A stretch of 64,000 nucleotides of DNA from contig JAQTPI010000003.1 in assembly GCA_028748975.1 (NCBI GenBank), forward strand, positions 33,064-97,063. Direction: 5' to 3'. Below, in pieces: positions 36,994 through 46,959 of this stretch (position 1 is its first letter; each line of letters opens with the position of its first letter). Made by a program: the position numbers and the translations under genes. This stretch comes from Patescibacteria group bacterium (lineage in GTDB: Bacteria > Patescibacteriota > Patescibacteriia > UBA2196). The notes beneath the pieces were generated by a model. That model did no database searches. It was not told the origin of the DNA and worked only from the letters and a program-made list of their open reading frames with translations.

Positions 36994-37464
36994 TTAATCG
37001 TCTTCTTTTGACCGAGGCGGCGGCGTGTTTAGAATTTGTTGTTGACTTGCGCTTAAATTAATAGTGGCCCCCAGATCACCCAAATAGTATGCCTGCAAAA
37101 TTGACTCCGCACCACCAGAATGGGAAACACCGGGAGTTCTGTCTTTGGTTAAAAAAGCAGTAGTGCCATCCCGGCCACAAACGCTTAAAATTGTCTGGCT
37201 GCCGCCGGAATGAGAATAAATTAAAGAAGTCAGGTTATAAACCTGGCCGGAAATTATTGACCAGCAATCGGAAGCAGAATTGTGTTTGGCTACTTCCGCC
37301 ATGGTTAAATTAACCGGGCCGATGATGCCAGAATTATTAAGAATGGAATTTTGGCCGCCTAAATTATTTTTCTTTTCAGCCGAAAGCAAGCTGGCGGTAA
37401 TTAAGGCAACAGCCAGCGCCCAAAAAATAAAAAGAAAAACTCCGGTGAGATATTTTGTTTTCAT
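36994..37464 (-). CDS. membrane-anchored cytochrome b5-like protein
   Basis: EVAKHN..DCW..VYNLT..HSGG..GRDGT..SH. Confidence 0.92.
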   Translation of the reverse strand: MKTKYLTGVFLFIFWALAVALITASLLSAEKKNNLGGQNSILNNSGIIGPVNLTMAEVAKHNSASDCWSIISGQVYNLTSLIYSHSGGSQTILSVCGRDGTTAFLTKDRTPGVSHSGGAESILQAYYLGDLGATINLSASQQQILNTPPPRSKEDD

Positions 37465-38759
37465 AAGTTAAAATTTTCACTGATTATTTTTTTAGATTTG
37501 CCGCCCATCTTTTTTAATTGTCCTCTGATGGCTTGCATCATGCCGACCGGACCGCAGATGAGAATGGTGCGCTCGCGCCAATCCGGCACCAATTTTTCAA
37601 TAGCCGCGCCGTTTAAAAATCCGCTGGCTTCAGCGACCCAGACAATTGATTTAAAATTTTTAAAATTATTTTTGGAGTCTGCCAACTCCGAATTAAAAAC
37701 CACCTCGGCCGGTTTATTCCAGCTTTGGATCAAAACAATATCTTTTTCTTTATTTATTTCTTTGGCCAGAGATAAAAATGGGGTCAGGCCGATGCCGCCG
37801 GCAAGCCAAAGTTCGGGCCCGGAAATATTTTTCCCAAAACTGCCAAAAGGCCCTTCCACTAAAACCCTATCGCCGATTTTCAAAACCGCGAGTTTTTTAG
37901 TAAAATCACCGAGTTTTTTTATTACAATCCGCAAATCATTATTTTCTTTTCTCTCCACCAAAGAGAAAGGATGGCTTTCAGTCGGCAGTTCGGGATTATA
38001 GAAAGTAAAAAAGGCAAACTGCCCGCCAGAAATTAACACGGGTTTTCCCAAGGATTGCAGAGTGATATCAAAAAGATCTGGTTGCGGCTGTGTGATTTCT
38101 GAAATGGTGTAGGAAAAGCGCCGGCCGGCTTTTTTGGTCATCTGCAGGCGATAAATTATGCCAACCACGGCCAAAATTCCCAAAAGATAATAATATAGCT
38201 GCAGTGGCAAAAAGGCGGAAACATCGCTGGGCACCAATAAAATGTGGGGGTAAGTCAGGACAAAAACCAAAACCATGAATTTGTGCGAAAAAAGCCAGCG
38301 CTGATAGCTGGGCCGGAAAAAATAGGTCAAAACTAAAAGAAACATCAGGCCAAGCAGCGCCACAATGCCAAATAAAACCGGCAAGTTGTGAAAACTGGGA
38401 ATCAAAAGTTCGGCCGCGGCTTTGAGTGATCGCGAAACAAAGCGATATGCCAGAGCCAAGGGATGAACCAAAAGCAGACAAAAAGCCAAAGTACCCAGCC
38501 AATGGTGCTTGAGATAGACAAAATTCAAACCGGAAAACCAACGTTCCAAAAATTTGGCGCGCGAACTTAAAATAATATTGCCGACCAAAAATGACAGGCC
38601 GACAAGACCGCAAATTTGGCCAAGGCTGCGCCAGATATTAATGGTGGTGGTAAAACGAACCGAAAGCGGGATGGCCAAAATCCAGAGAATAAAAGGAATG
38701 CCGGCTAAAACCAGAAATAAAATTGTCCAGATAAAAAACGATTTGGAAAATATTTTCAT
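37461..38759 (-). CDS. ferric reductase-like transmembrane oxidoreductase with FAD/NAD domains
   Basis: TM His residues, HPFS, EGPFG, AGGIGLTP, ICGP. Confidence 0.92.
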   Translation of the reverse strand: MKIFSKSFFIWTILFLVLAGIPFILWILAIPLSVRFTTTINIWRSLGQICGLVGLSFLVGNIILSSRAKFLERWFSGLNFVYLKHHWLGTLAFCLLLVHPLALAYRFVSRSLKAAAELLIPSFHNLPVLFGIVALLGLMFLLVLTYFFRPSYQRWLFSHKFMVLVFVLTYPHILLVPSDVSAFLPLQLYYYLLGILAVVGIIYRLQMTKKAGRRFSYTISEITQPQPDLFDITLQSLGKPVLISGGQFAFFTFYNPELPTESHPFSLVERKENNDLRIVIKKLGDFTKKLAVLKIGDRVLVEGPFGSFGKNISGPELWLAGGIGLTPFLSLAKEINKEKDIVLIQSWNKPAEVVFNSELADSKNNFKNFKSIVWVAEASGFLNGAAIEKLVPDWRERTILICGPVGMMQAIRGQLKKMGGKSKKIISENFNL

Positions 38760-38866
38760 GTTTTTATTTTTCGATCAATTGGTTTGTTAGTTTGTCTGTT
38801 TGTCGACTGATCGGTTCATCTGTTTATTGGTTTGCTAGTTTATCAGATTATTAAATTATTAAATTA

Positions 38867-39493
38867 TTATTTTGCTGGTTTATACCCCCATTCCTCCAGA
38901 TTTCCCGCTCTAATTTCCAATTCATCGGCGCGGCGCAAATGGCGGATTTGCGCGCGGGTGAGGATGGAAAAATGTTTAACTTTGACCAAATATTCCGGGA
39001 TATAATCAATTTCCTTTTTGGTCGTCATCCAGCCCAGTTGATCAAATCTTTTTAAATTAACCGGCAAAGAATAACGGCGCAAGCTTTTATTTCCTTTTTT
39101 ATCCAGATATTCATGGAAATAACTCATGGCCAATTCGCGCGGCGAATTATAAATCGGTTCGCGGTAACGCAGAGCCGCGTGATTGGTCTTGGAAATGGCT
39201 CCCCACTTGCCAAATTTCTTAAAAAGCGCCACCACGTGGTCATAATCATTTTTACTGGCGGTTAAATCCAAAAGCAGGGGCGGCCGGCCATTAACCCTAA
39301 GTATCAGCGCCGCCAAAGTTGCGGCCTCAATGCAGTGGCAAATCCGCTTGTCCAAAACTGTCAGGGGCGAATAGCAGGTATCGCCGTGTTTTTCATAATT
39401 AATTTTCATGCCATCTAAAAAATCCTGGATTTTCTCCGGCGTGTCCAGTTTTTTAAAAAGTTTCCATTCCTTTTCCGGCAAAAAATTTTTCAT
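38867..39493 (-). CDS. conserved hypothetical protein, possibly transglutaminase-like
   Basis: HCIEAA, DHVVALF. Confidence 0.75.
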   Translation of the reverse strand: MKNFLPEKEWKLFKKLDTPEKIQDFLDGMKINYEKHGDTCYSPLTVLDKRICHCIEAATLAALILRVNGRPPLLLDLTASKNDYDHVVALFKKFGKWGAISKTNHAALRYREPIYNSPRELAMSYFHEYLDKKGNKSLRRYSLPVNLKRFDQLGWMTTKKEIDYIPEYLVKVKHFSILTRAQIRHLRRADELEIRAGNLEEWGYKPAK

Positions 39494-39496
39494 AAT

Positions 39497-39682
39497 TTAT
39501 TTTTTTACTTTTTTCTTCCAGTCTTTAATGATTAATTGCCGGCCATGGCGTGATACTGTTACTTTCTGCTTTTCCTTCCATCCGAATTCTTTAATAAGTT
39601 CTAAGGGCAAACTAACAACATAGCTGTGGCCGCTTTTCATAATTTTTCTGATATTTTCTTGGGTTAATTTTCGTCGGGACAT
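39497..39682 (-). CDS. AbrB/MazE/SpoVT-family DNA-binding protein
   Basis: RKI..SGHSYVVSLP..IKEFGW. Confidence 0.85.
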   Translation of the reverse strand: MSRRKLTQENIRKIMKSGHSYVVSLPLELIKEFGWKEKQKVTVSRHGRQLIIKDWKKKVKK

Positions 39683-39727
39683 ATTTTTTGATATTATTTT
39701 ATGTCATGATTATAATCATGACAGGAT

Positions 39728-40129
39728 TTATTTGCTCCAATTTAAAATTGTAATTGTTAATTGTAAAACCGTGGCAAAACAAACCCAAAGTAAATATGGT
39801 AAATTAATAAAACTTACCCATTTGGCAAAAGGAAAAATGGCTAGAAGCGCCCAAATTAAAGTCCCCAAAACCAAAAAAATATCAATGGCCGCGAGCAGGT
39901 TGTTTTGTAACCCGAATTGCAGGGGCGTAAAGAGCATATTAAAAATAATATTTAAGATAAATGGCAAAAGCACTAAAAAAGAAATCCGGCCTTTGAAAAA
40001 TAAAAAACCGACGTAGCCAAAAGAAGCAATAATGATGGCATAGAGCGCGATCCAAACCGGGCCAAAAAGCCAGGCCGGCGGCGCCCAAGTCGGTTTGATT
40101 AAAGTTTGATACCAAAGGGCAGTAGGCAT
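39728..40129 (-). CDS. tspO: TspO/MBR family protein
   Basis: WYQTLIKPTWAPP..FGPVW, PYLLWVCFA. Confidence 0.92.
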   Translation of the reverse strand: MPTALWYQTLIKPTWAPPAWLFGPVWIALYAIIIASFGYVGFLFFKGRISFLVLLPFILNIIFNMLFTPLQFGLQNNLLAAIDIFLVLGTLIWALLAIFPFAKWVSFINLPYLLWVCFATVLQLTITILNWSK

Positions 40130-40147
40130 ATATTTTTTTAATTAAAT

Positions 40148-40447
40148 TTATTCGTTCCCTTTTTGCGTGATTTCTTCAACTTCCTCTTCTTTAAAAAAAT
40201 CGGCCAAAATCTCTACTTCCTCATAATGTTTTTTTAAATCCTCTAATTCATCTCTTAATTTTTCAATTATTTCCGGATCACCTTCCTCTTCTAACAATTT
40301 TTCTGTTTCCTCAATCATAACTTTCAATCCCTCAACACTATAAACGGCATCATCATTACATTGTTTCATTTCTTCCGGATTTAATATTTTTATCTTGGGT
40401 TCTTTTTCCTTAGATTCTTTTTTTTTCGGCACCCACGCCAAAAACAC
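40148..40447 (-). CDS. acidic hypothetical protein (start uncertain)
   Basis: E/K-rich ORF in the local gene direction. Confidence 0.5.
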   Translation of the reverse strand: MFLAWVPKKKESKEKEPKIKILNPEEMKQCNDDAVYSVEGLKVMIEETEKLLEEEGDPEIIEKLRDELEDLKKHYEEVEILADFFKEEEVEEITQKGNE

Positions 40448-40500
40448 TTCTCAATTTATCAAACCTAGGTGATTCAAATGGATTTCTCATATAATTTAGA

Positions 40501-40719
40501 TTATAATTTTTCAATTTCTTTTAAATCCTTGTCAGGCAGATACAACATTAAAAGTCCTACAACTATGCCAACGACGGCGGTCCAAAGATGGCTATTACCA
40601 AAAACTATTTTATCAAAGCCGTCCAAAACATACCAAATTCCCCGCCAAATCAAAACCAGGCCCACCACCACAAAAATATCTTTCGCTAACCGCCAAAGAG
40701 TCATAGAATTTTTTTTCAT
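40501..40719 (-). CDS. small membrane protein
   Basis: Two TM segments; IWRGIW motif. Confidence 0.75.
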   Translation of the reverse strand: MKKNSMTLWRLAKDIFVVVGLVLIWRGIWYVLDGFDKIVFGNSHLWTAVVGIVVGLLMLYLPDKDLKEIEKL

Positions 40720-40828
40720 AAAATTTTATTTTGTTTAATTAAATAGTTTTTAGTCTGGCGGATATAAGGATAACTTGATTATTAATAACTTTATTTTAGC
40801 ATCTTTCAGATAAAAATAAAATCCGCTC

Positions 40829-41092
40829 CTACTGAATGAGTCGGAGCGGCTGTTTGTTGCGCAGGAAGGGAAAATTTTTGACTTCGGGAAGAAATTCAAA
40901 CTTGGTTTTATTTTCTTGAGTTTCCTCGTCAAAATAATAAAAGAAAGTCCAGCCGGAAAAGAAAAGGTCACCTTCATCATCAACAATTAATTCAAAAAAG
41001 GTGTCTTCATCGGCAAAGAGCCAGGAGCTGACCATGCCATCTTGATATTCCACCGCGCCTAACGGAATTAAACCGTCTTCTTCCCCAGCCAT
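40829..41092 (-). CDS. acidic hypothetical protein (cassette-like unit)
   Basis: AGGAGG SD; extended -10 TGcTAAAAT near 41141-41149. Confidence 0.65.
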   Translation of the reverse strand: MAGEEDGLIPLGAVEYQDGMVSSWLFADEDTFFELIVDDEGDLFFSGWTFFYYFDEETQENKTKFEFLPEVKNFPFLRNKQPLRLIQ

Positions 41093-41234
41093 GTTTCCTC
41101 CTGAATGAATTTGATTATTTAAGGAAATAATACTGAATTAATTTTAGCATAATTTAAATAAAAAAGAAAAGAGAGCTGGGTAAGACCATGCTCTCTTTGA
41201 TATTTTTATGATTCAACTCTTTTTTCTTGGTTTG

Positions 41235-41792
41235 TCAGGCACATTTCTTGGCGGCTCGCTGGCGTTTTTGATAATTTTTCTGGGCGGCGATCATTTGGTT
41301 GACTTTGAATACACCCTGCTCATACGCCAATACGAATTTGGCGGTCGGGATGATGTAGTGCTCCCCGTCAATTTCGAAAAACTCCAGCAGGCCCAGGCGC
41401 TCAAGGCGCCGCAAGTCACAGATGTAAAAGAGATATTCCCGACCGGGAGGAGAAGGAAATATTTCCACTGCCGGGCCATCTTCCTCCTTTTCGGTCAATA
41501 CCGGGATAAGGTGAGGAACCTTTTTCCACCACCCCATCTTCTCTGTGCCAAAGAAAAAGCGCTTAACGCTCATGCCGGACCAGTTCGGCAATTTGGCTCT
41601 GATTTGAATATTGGCAAAACGCGTAGCGACAATTTCGGGCTCACATTTGCCAAAATTGAAGAAGTCTGATCCATCACAAATCGGTTCGGAAGTTGCCGGA
41701 CGCGATTTAAAAAAGCGCGTCGGGTGCGTTTCGGGCAGAATCACGAAACCGGTTGTTTCCACCTTTTTCTCTTTCTTTTCTTTGTTTGCCAC
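41235..41792 (-). CDS. hypothetical protein (cassette cargo)
   Basis: TTGACA 41881, 17 nt, TGcTATAAT; TTAGCC..GGCTAA hairpin; AAGGAGG; terminator 41168-41198. Confidence 0.75.
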   Translation of the reverse strand: MANKEKKEKKVETTGFVILPETHPTRFFKSRPATSEPICDGSDFFNFGKCEPEIVATRFANIQIRAKLPNWSGMSVKRFFFGTEKMGWWKKVPHLIPVLTEKEEDGPAVEIFPSPPGREYLFYICDLRRLERLGLLEFFEIDGEHYIIPTAKFVLAYEQGVFKVNQMIAAQKNYQKRQRAAKKCA

Positions 41793-41951
41793 GCTTATTC
41801 CTCCTTAAGTTTGGGATTGTTTATTTTTAGCCTCATTCGGGCTAATAATTACATTATAGCAAATATAAAATTTGTTGTCAAGAATGACAAATAAAATAGT
41901 AGGTTTTGGCAAAAAATAAAAATTCCTTCGAAGTTGTTTCGAAGGAATTAT

Positions 41952-42440
41952 TTAAGAAAATGAGGGAAGTTTTTTGGCCAAAACTACTACCACACAAACT
42001 TTTTTCCTGGGCGGCCATTCCAACTGCAAGCCAGCTTGACGGCAGGTCTTTGTTAGATTCACACCCATAGCTTCCGCGTTCATGAGGACGGTATAACCCG
42101 CTGGCGTTCTTTTTTGAATAAAATTACGTAAAACAGCGCGCAAATGACCTTGCCAGTGGCGCGAATTGCGCAGCGCCCGCTCACTCCAAGCTGGATGCTG
42201 TTTTTTTCTTAATTTCAGATAAGCTCCAAAATCAAAAATGACCGCGGCTAAAAATATTTGGGGCTGAAAAATTTTGGAAAAAAATTCCGCTTGCGGCGGG
42301 CAACCAATTTTTTTGCCAAAGTTGGGGCAACCGCGCGGATGCTCGCAGTATGGAACCAGGCACAAACGTGGTATTTTTTTATTAACACTGGCCCTGACTG
42401 GCCCTAAAAAAACCGTTTTCTTTTTGATGGCCGAAAGCAT
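41952..42440 (-). CDS. Cys-rich putative metal-binding protein (DUF2284-like)
   Basis: C..PY....GCPNFGK..GCPP, EAMGVNL. Confidence 0.75.
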   Translation of the reverse strand: MLSAIKKKTVFLGPVRASVNKKIPRLCLVPYCEHPRGCPNFGKKIGCPPQAEFFSKIFQPQIFLAAVIFDFGAYLKLRKKQHPAWSERALRNSRHWQGHLRAVLRNFIQKRTPAGYTVLMNAEAMGVNLTKTCRQAGLQLEWPPRKKVCVVVVLAKKLPSFS

Positions 42441-42442
42441 GA

Positions 42443-42889
42443 TTAATTCCTCCTAAAACGATTAATTTTGTCATGGTTTTTCAAAATACCATTTAGTTTC
42501 TCGGCTGCCTGATTTTCAAATTCATCAACTAATTTTTGGATTTCCTTTTTCAATTTTTTTATCAATTTGGCATTTTTCTGATAACGAAACAATTCGCCCA
42601 AATTGAATTGGCGCCAAAATCTTCCCTCAAGATAGTCCTGGAGAGCGACGGAGGTGGAGGGGTTTGCCAGCCAGAAATCGCAGGCTCCCGGCCCTAATTT
42701 TTTATCTTTTTTATTACGGAATTCAAAACGAGAATGTCCGTACGCCCGCACAAAAATGACGCCTTTTTTATTCTGAATAACAATTCTATTTAAGCCAATG
42801 ATGGAAGAAAGAGAAATAATTAAACTCTTTCCTGGGCCAACTGAAAAGTCGGTATGCTGGGTGAGACGGTTTTTTTTAGCCATAAACAT
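42443..42889 (-). CDS. hypothetical protein
   Basis: AGGAGG SD; coupled to the downstream ORF. Confidence 0.65.
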   Translation of the reverse strand: MFMAKKNRLTQHTDFSVGPGKSLIISLSSIIGLNRIVIQNKKGVIFVRAYGHSRFEFRNKKDKKLGPGACDFWLANPSTSVALQDYLEGRFWRQFNLGELFRYQKNAKLIKKLKKEIQKLVDEFENQAAEKLNGILKNHDKINRFRRN

Positions 42890-42934
42890 CCTCCTGTTGA
42901 TTCGCTATGGAAAGGTTCTATTTTATTTTATATT

Positions 42935-43078
42935 TCTGCCCAAAACTCGGGGGGTGGAATTCCTTCTCCCCCGTCGCTCGCCGTGCCTGCCGGCACAGGG
43001 CTCGCTTCCTCCTCCGAAGCCCGGGTCATAAAAAATATGAAGCAGTTCATATTTTTTCTGTACCCTTCGAATCCCACT
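42935..43078 (-). repeat. partial copy of the tRNA-Asn 3' end with hairpins inserted in the T loop
   Basis: CTGCCCAAAACTCGGGGGGTGGAATTC versus CTGCCCAAAGCTCGGGGGGTGGGATTC. Confidence 0.7.
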
Positions 43079-43141
43079 TAATTTAAAAAATATAAATTAC
43101 AAATTAAATAATTATTTTTAAATTTTTAATTCTGCCCAAAG

Positions 43142-43213
43142 CTCGGGGGGTGGGATTCGAACCCACGACCAATTGATTAACAGTCAACTGCTCTACCACT
43201 GAGCTACCCCCGA
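43142..43213 (-). tRNA. tRNA-Asn(GTT), CCA not encoded
   Basis: Cloverleaf TCGGGGG/CCCCCGA, anticodon arm GTTGA-CTGTTAA-TCAAT, T loop TTCGAAT. Confidence 0.97.
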
Positions 43214-43240
43214 GTTCTGGGCAGAAATTATTTTTAAATT

Positions 43241-43582
43241 TTATAAACCGCTAAAATTAACTATTTGTTCCCAGTCAATCAAAAAAACATCATATAATTT
43301 TCTTAAATCTTCAATGGAATAAAAAACGCGGCTATCACTGACGATCCTGACGAGCTTATCAACAATAATTCTGTTTGCCTTTATTTTTTCTCCCTTTATA
43401 ATCATTTCTGGCATTACCGACAATTCTTCTTTTATCAAACCGGGTTCAATTTCTGTGTTTAATTTTTCCAATTCTTCCGCAAATTTTACTTTAGCTAATT
43501 CAATAAATTTAGGGTCCAAAATACTCTTGATTTTCTCCTTATTTTTTTCTCTCATTAATTTTAATTTTTCTTCAAAAGACAT
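43241..43582 (-). CDS. hypothetical protein
   Basis: 113-aa ORF 3 nt downstream of the FKBP gene. Confidence 0.6.
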   Translation of the reverse strand: MSFEEKLKLMREKNKEKIKSILDPKFIELAKVKFAEELEKLNTEIEPGLIKEELSVMPEMIIKGEKIKANRIIVDKLVRIVSDSRVFYSIEDLRKLYDVFLIDWEQIVNFSGL

Positions 43583-43585
43583 ATT

Positions 43586-44155
43586 TTATTTTACGGCCGG
43601 TTCGGCAACTTTGTCAATGGAAACTAATTCTACTTCAAAAATCAGGGGGCTGTTTGGCGGAATGACGTTGCCCGCGCCCTGCTCGCCATAAGCCAGATTG
43701 GCAGGAATTAATAATTTTCTTATTTCACCAACCTGCATGCCGATGATTCCCTGATCCCAGCCAGGAATGACTTGGCCCACGCCAATGATTAATTGCAGGG
43801 GCTGCCCGCGGTCGCGGCTGGAATCAAATTTTGTGCCGTTTATTAAAGTTCCAACATAGTGCACGGTGATGGTGTCGCCTGGCTGAACTTTTTGTTCGCC
43901 CGAACCGGGTTTAAGAATCTGCGCCATTAATTCTTTAATTTCAGTGGGTGTTTCTGTTTGGTTGGTGGTATTCATATTGTTTATGTTTGTATTAGTGTTG
44001 GTATTAATATCCTCCACTCCTTTAACCGCGCAGACTTCGGAATTTGTCTGACCTCTTTTTTCTAAACTAACTTGATAGCCCAAAAAGCCCAAAACAAAAT
44101 AGCCGATTAAAAACGCAAGGATTAAAGTGAAAATTATGGTGAGGATGGTTTTCAT
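43586..44155 (-). CDS. membrane-anchored FKBP-type peptidyl-prolyl isomerase
   Basis: VHYVG..FDSS..VIPGW..AYG..IPPNS.LIFEVEL; start moved to 44155. Confidence 0.95.
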   Translation of the reverse strand: MKTILTIIFTLILAFLIGYFVLGFLGYQVSLEKRGQTNSEVCAVKGVEDINTNTNTNINNMNTTNQTETPTEIKELMAQILKPGSGEQKVQPGDTITVHYVGTLINGTKFDSSRDRGQPLQLIIGVGQVIPGWDQGIIGMQVGEIRKLLIPANLAYGEQGAGNVIPPNSPLIFEVELVSIDKVAEPAVK

Positions 44156-44176
44156 AAACGAAATATGTTCATAGTT

Positions 44177-44287
44177 GTCATTCCGAGCGGAGCGAGGAAT
44201 CCCTTCGCCTTTCTCATGTGGAAAGTATAAGCGATTTCTCCACTTCGCGCCTCGCCCTCGGGGGCTCGGCGCTTCGGTCGAAATGAC
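44177..44287. repeat. family G inverted pair
   Basis: GTCATTCCGAGCGGAGCGAGGAATC...CGAAATGAC. Confidence 0.8.
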
Positions 44288-44297
44288 AAACAAATAG

Positions 44298-44900
44298 TTG
44301 ACAATAAATTTTTGTTATGCTAAAATGGTAATAGCTGGTAGAAATAAATCATTTGGGCTTATTTCGAGCCAGAATTCTTTGAACAAATCAAATAAAAAGG
44401 GGGAATAATTATGTGTGATAATAACAAAATTTTCAATTTTGGCGATGGTTCACATGATGCAGCAAAATTTATTCTTGGAGTTTTTGTTTTTTTAATCTTA
44501 CTTAATTTATGGACCGTTTTTCATCATGACCACGGAAACACCGCTATTGCTAGTAAAAACACTGGGATGTGGCAAATCTATGATCTAAACAAAGAATTAC
44601 AAAGTACAAAAACCCGCGCGCTCTGTGTTATTAAACTACGAAAAGAATACTTTCAACTCGCTCAAGAGAACAACTACTATGCGCACGATTATGTTGAATT
44701 ACAAAACGAAGAGAATTTATCACGAGAATATTATGAGAAATTAATACGAAAATATAATCAACTGATGAATATAAACTACAGTCTCTTGGGTAGTAGCCCA
44801 TTGGCGGCTACTCTGCACATCAAAAACGATTTACCTCTATAAAACCATCCCGTCTCGGTTCATAATCGAGCGGGCTTTTTTATTTGTCAAAAAATATTTT
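44298..44900 (+). mobile_element. gene cassette 6
   Basis: 37-bp left end and 24-bp right end identical to cassette 7. Confidence 0.75.
44411..44842 (+). CDS. single-TM hypothetical protein (cassette cargo)
   Basis: 143 aa; AGGGG SD. Confidence 0.75.
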   Translation: MCDNNKIFNFGDGSHDAAKFILGVFVFLILLNLWTVFHHDHGNTAIASKNTGMWQIYDLNKELQSTKTRALCVIKLRKEYFQLAQENNYYAHDYVELQNEENLSREYYEKLIRKYNQLMNINYSLLGSSPLAATLHIKNDLPL

Positions 44901-44925
44901 CTGAATTTATATGTGCCAAGCGGCT

Positions 44926-45014
44926 GACCCCCTCCGCCCTGCTGGGCGACTCCCCCTTAGCAAGGGGGAGAGATTTAAACTCCCCTCCTTTATAAGGAGG
45001 GGGTTGGGGGAGGT
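44926..45014. repeat. family F-like pair
   Basis: CTCCCCCTTAGCAAGGGGGAG and CCCCTCCTTTATAAGGAGGGG. Confidence 0.75.
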
Positions 45015-45063
45015 AAGTCGTCGCCCTTATTACTTATTACTAGTTACTTATTACCCCCTGAGT

Positions 45064-46398
<1,335 letters not shown>

Positions 46399-46399
46399 A

Positions 46400-46959
46400 T
46401 TGACAATAAATTTTTGTTATGCTAAAATGGTAATAGTAAATTCGCGCGCAAACAATAACAACTCAAAAAAGGAGAAAAGATGAACGCACTTTACTGGGAA
46501 GCTGCGTTGGCCGGGATTCTTTTTGGCACCTATCCTCTTTTTATAAACCGAAGTGGACTTAATGGTAATGTGGCAGCCGGATTTTATTGCCTGATGTGCC
46601 TCGTTGTAATTCTACCACTTGCCTTGCGTAGTATCGACAACGCGGAATTAGCCAAAGCAAATTGGGTTATGGCAATTACTGCTAGCATTATTGGAGCAAT
46701 TGGCACTTTGGCTTTAAACGACTTTTTGTTTAAAACAAAGAGGTCTCCGGAAAAAGCTGCTTCATTATATTTAATAATGTTAATGATTCAGATTTCCGTA
46801 CCGGCCTTTTACAAGTGCATCATTACCCGCCAAGTTTCGCTTGCCAAAATCATTGGTTTTCTTGCCGCTATTTTAGCCGCTTTTCTTTTGCGATAATTTT
46901 TTCACTCAACTGCTAAAGCCCTTTTTCACTAGGGCTTTTTATTTGTCAAAAAATATTTT
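46400..46959 (+). mobile_element. gene cassette 7, filling the whole dnaG-rpoD gap
   Basis: Ends identical to cassette 6; different cargo. Confidence 0.75.
46480..46896 (+). CDS. EamA/DMT-like multi-pass membrane protein (cassette cargo)
   Basis: About five TM segments in 138 aa; C-terminal KIIG; AGGAG SD. Confidence 0.75.
   Translation: MNALYWEAALAGILFGTYPLFINRSGLNGNVAAGFYCLMCLVVILPLALRSIDNAELAKANWVMAITASIIGAIGTLALNDFLFKTKRSPEKAASLYLIMLMIQISVPAFYKCIITRQVSLAKIIGFLAAILAAFLLR

Noticed and set aside
3503-44293. Longer ORF-track starts for rplR, rpsH, rpsN, rplN, rplP, rpsC, rplV, rplB, fusA, comEC, ferredoxin and FKBP
   Set aside because: The extra N-terminal residues are translations of upstream palindromic repeats or their flanks. 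Canonical N-termini begin at downstream ATGs.
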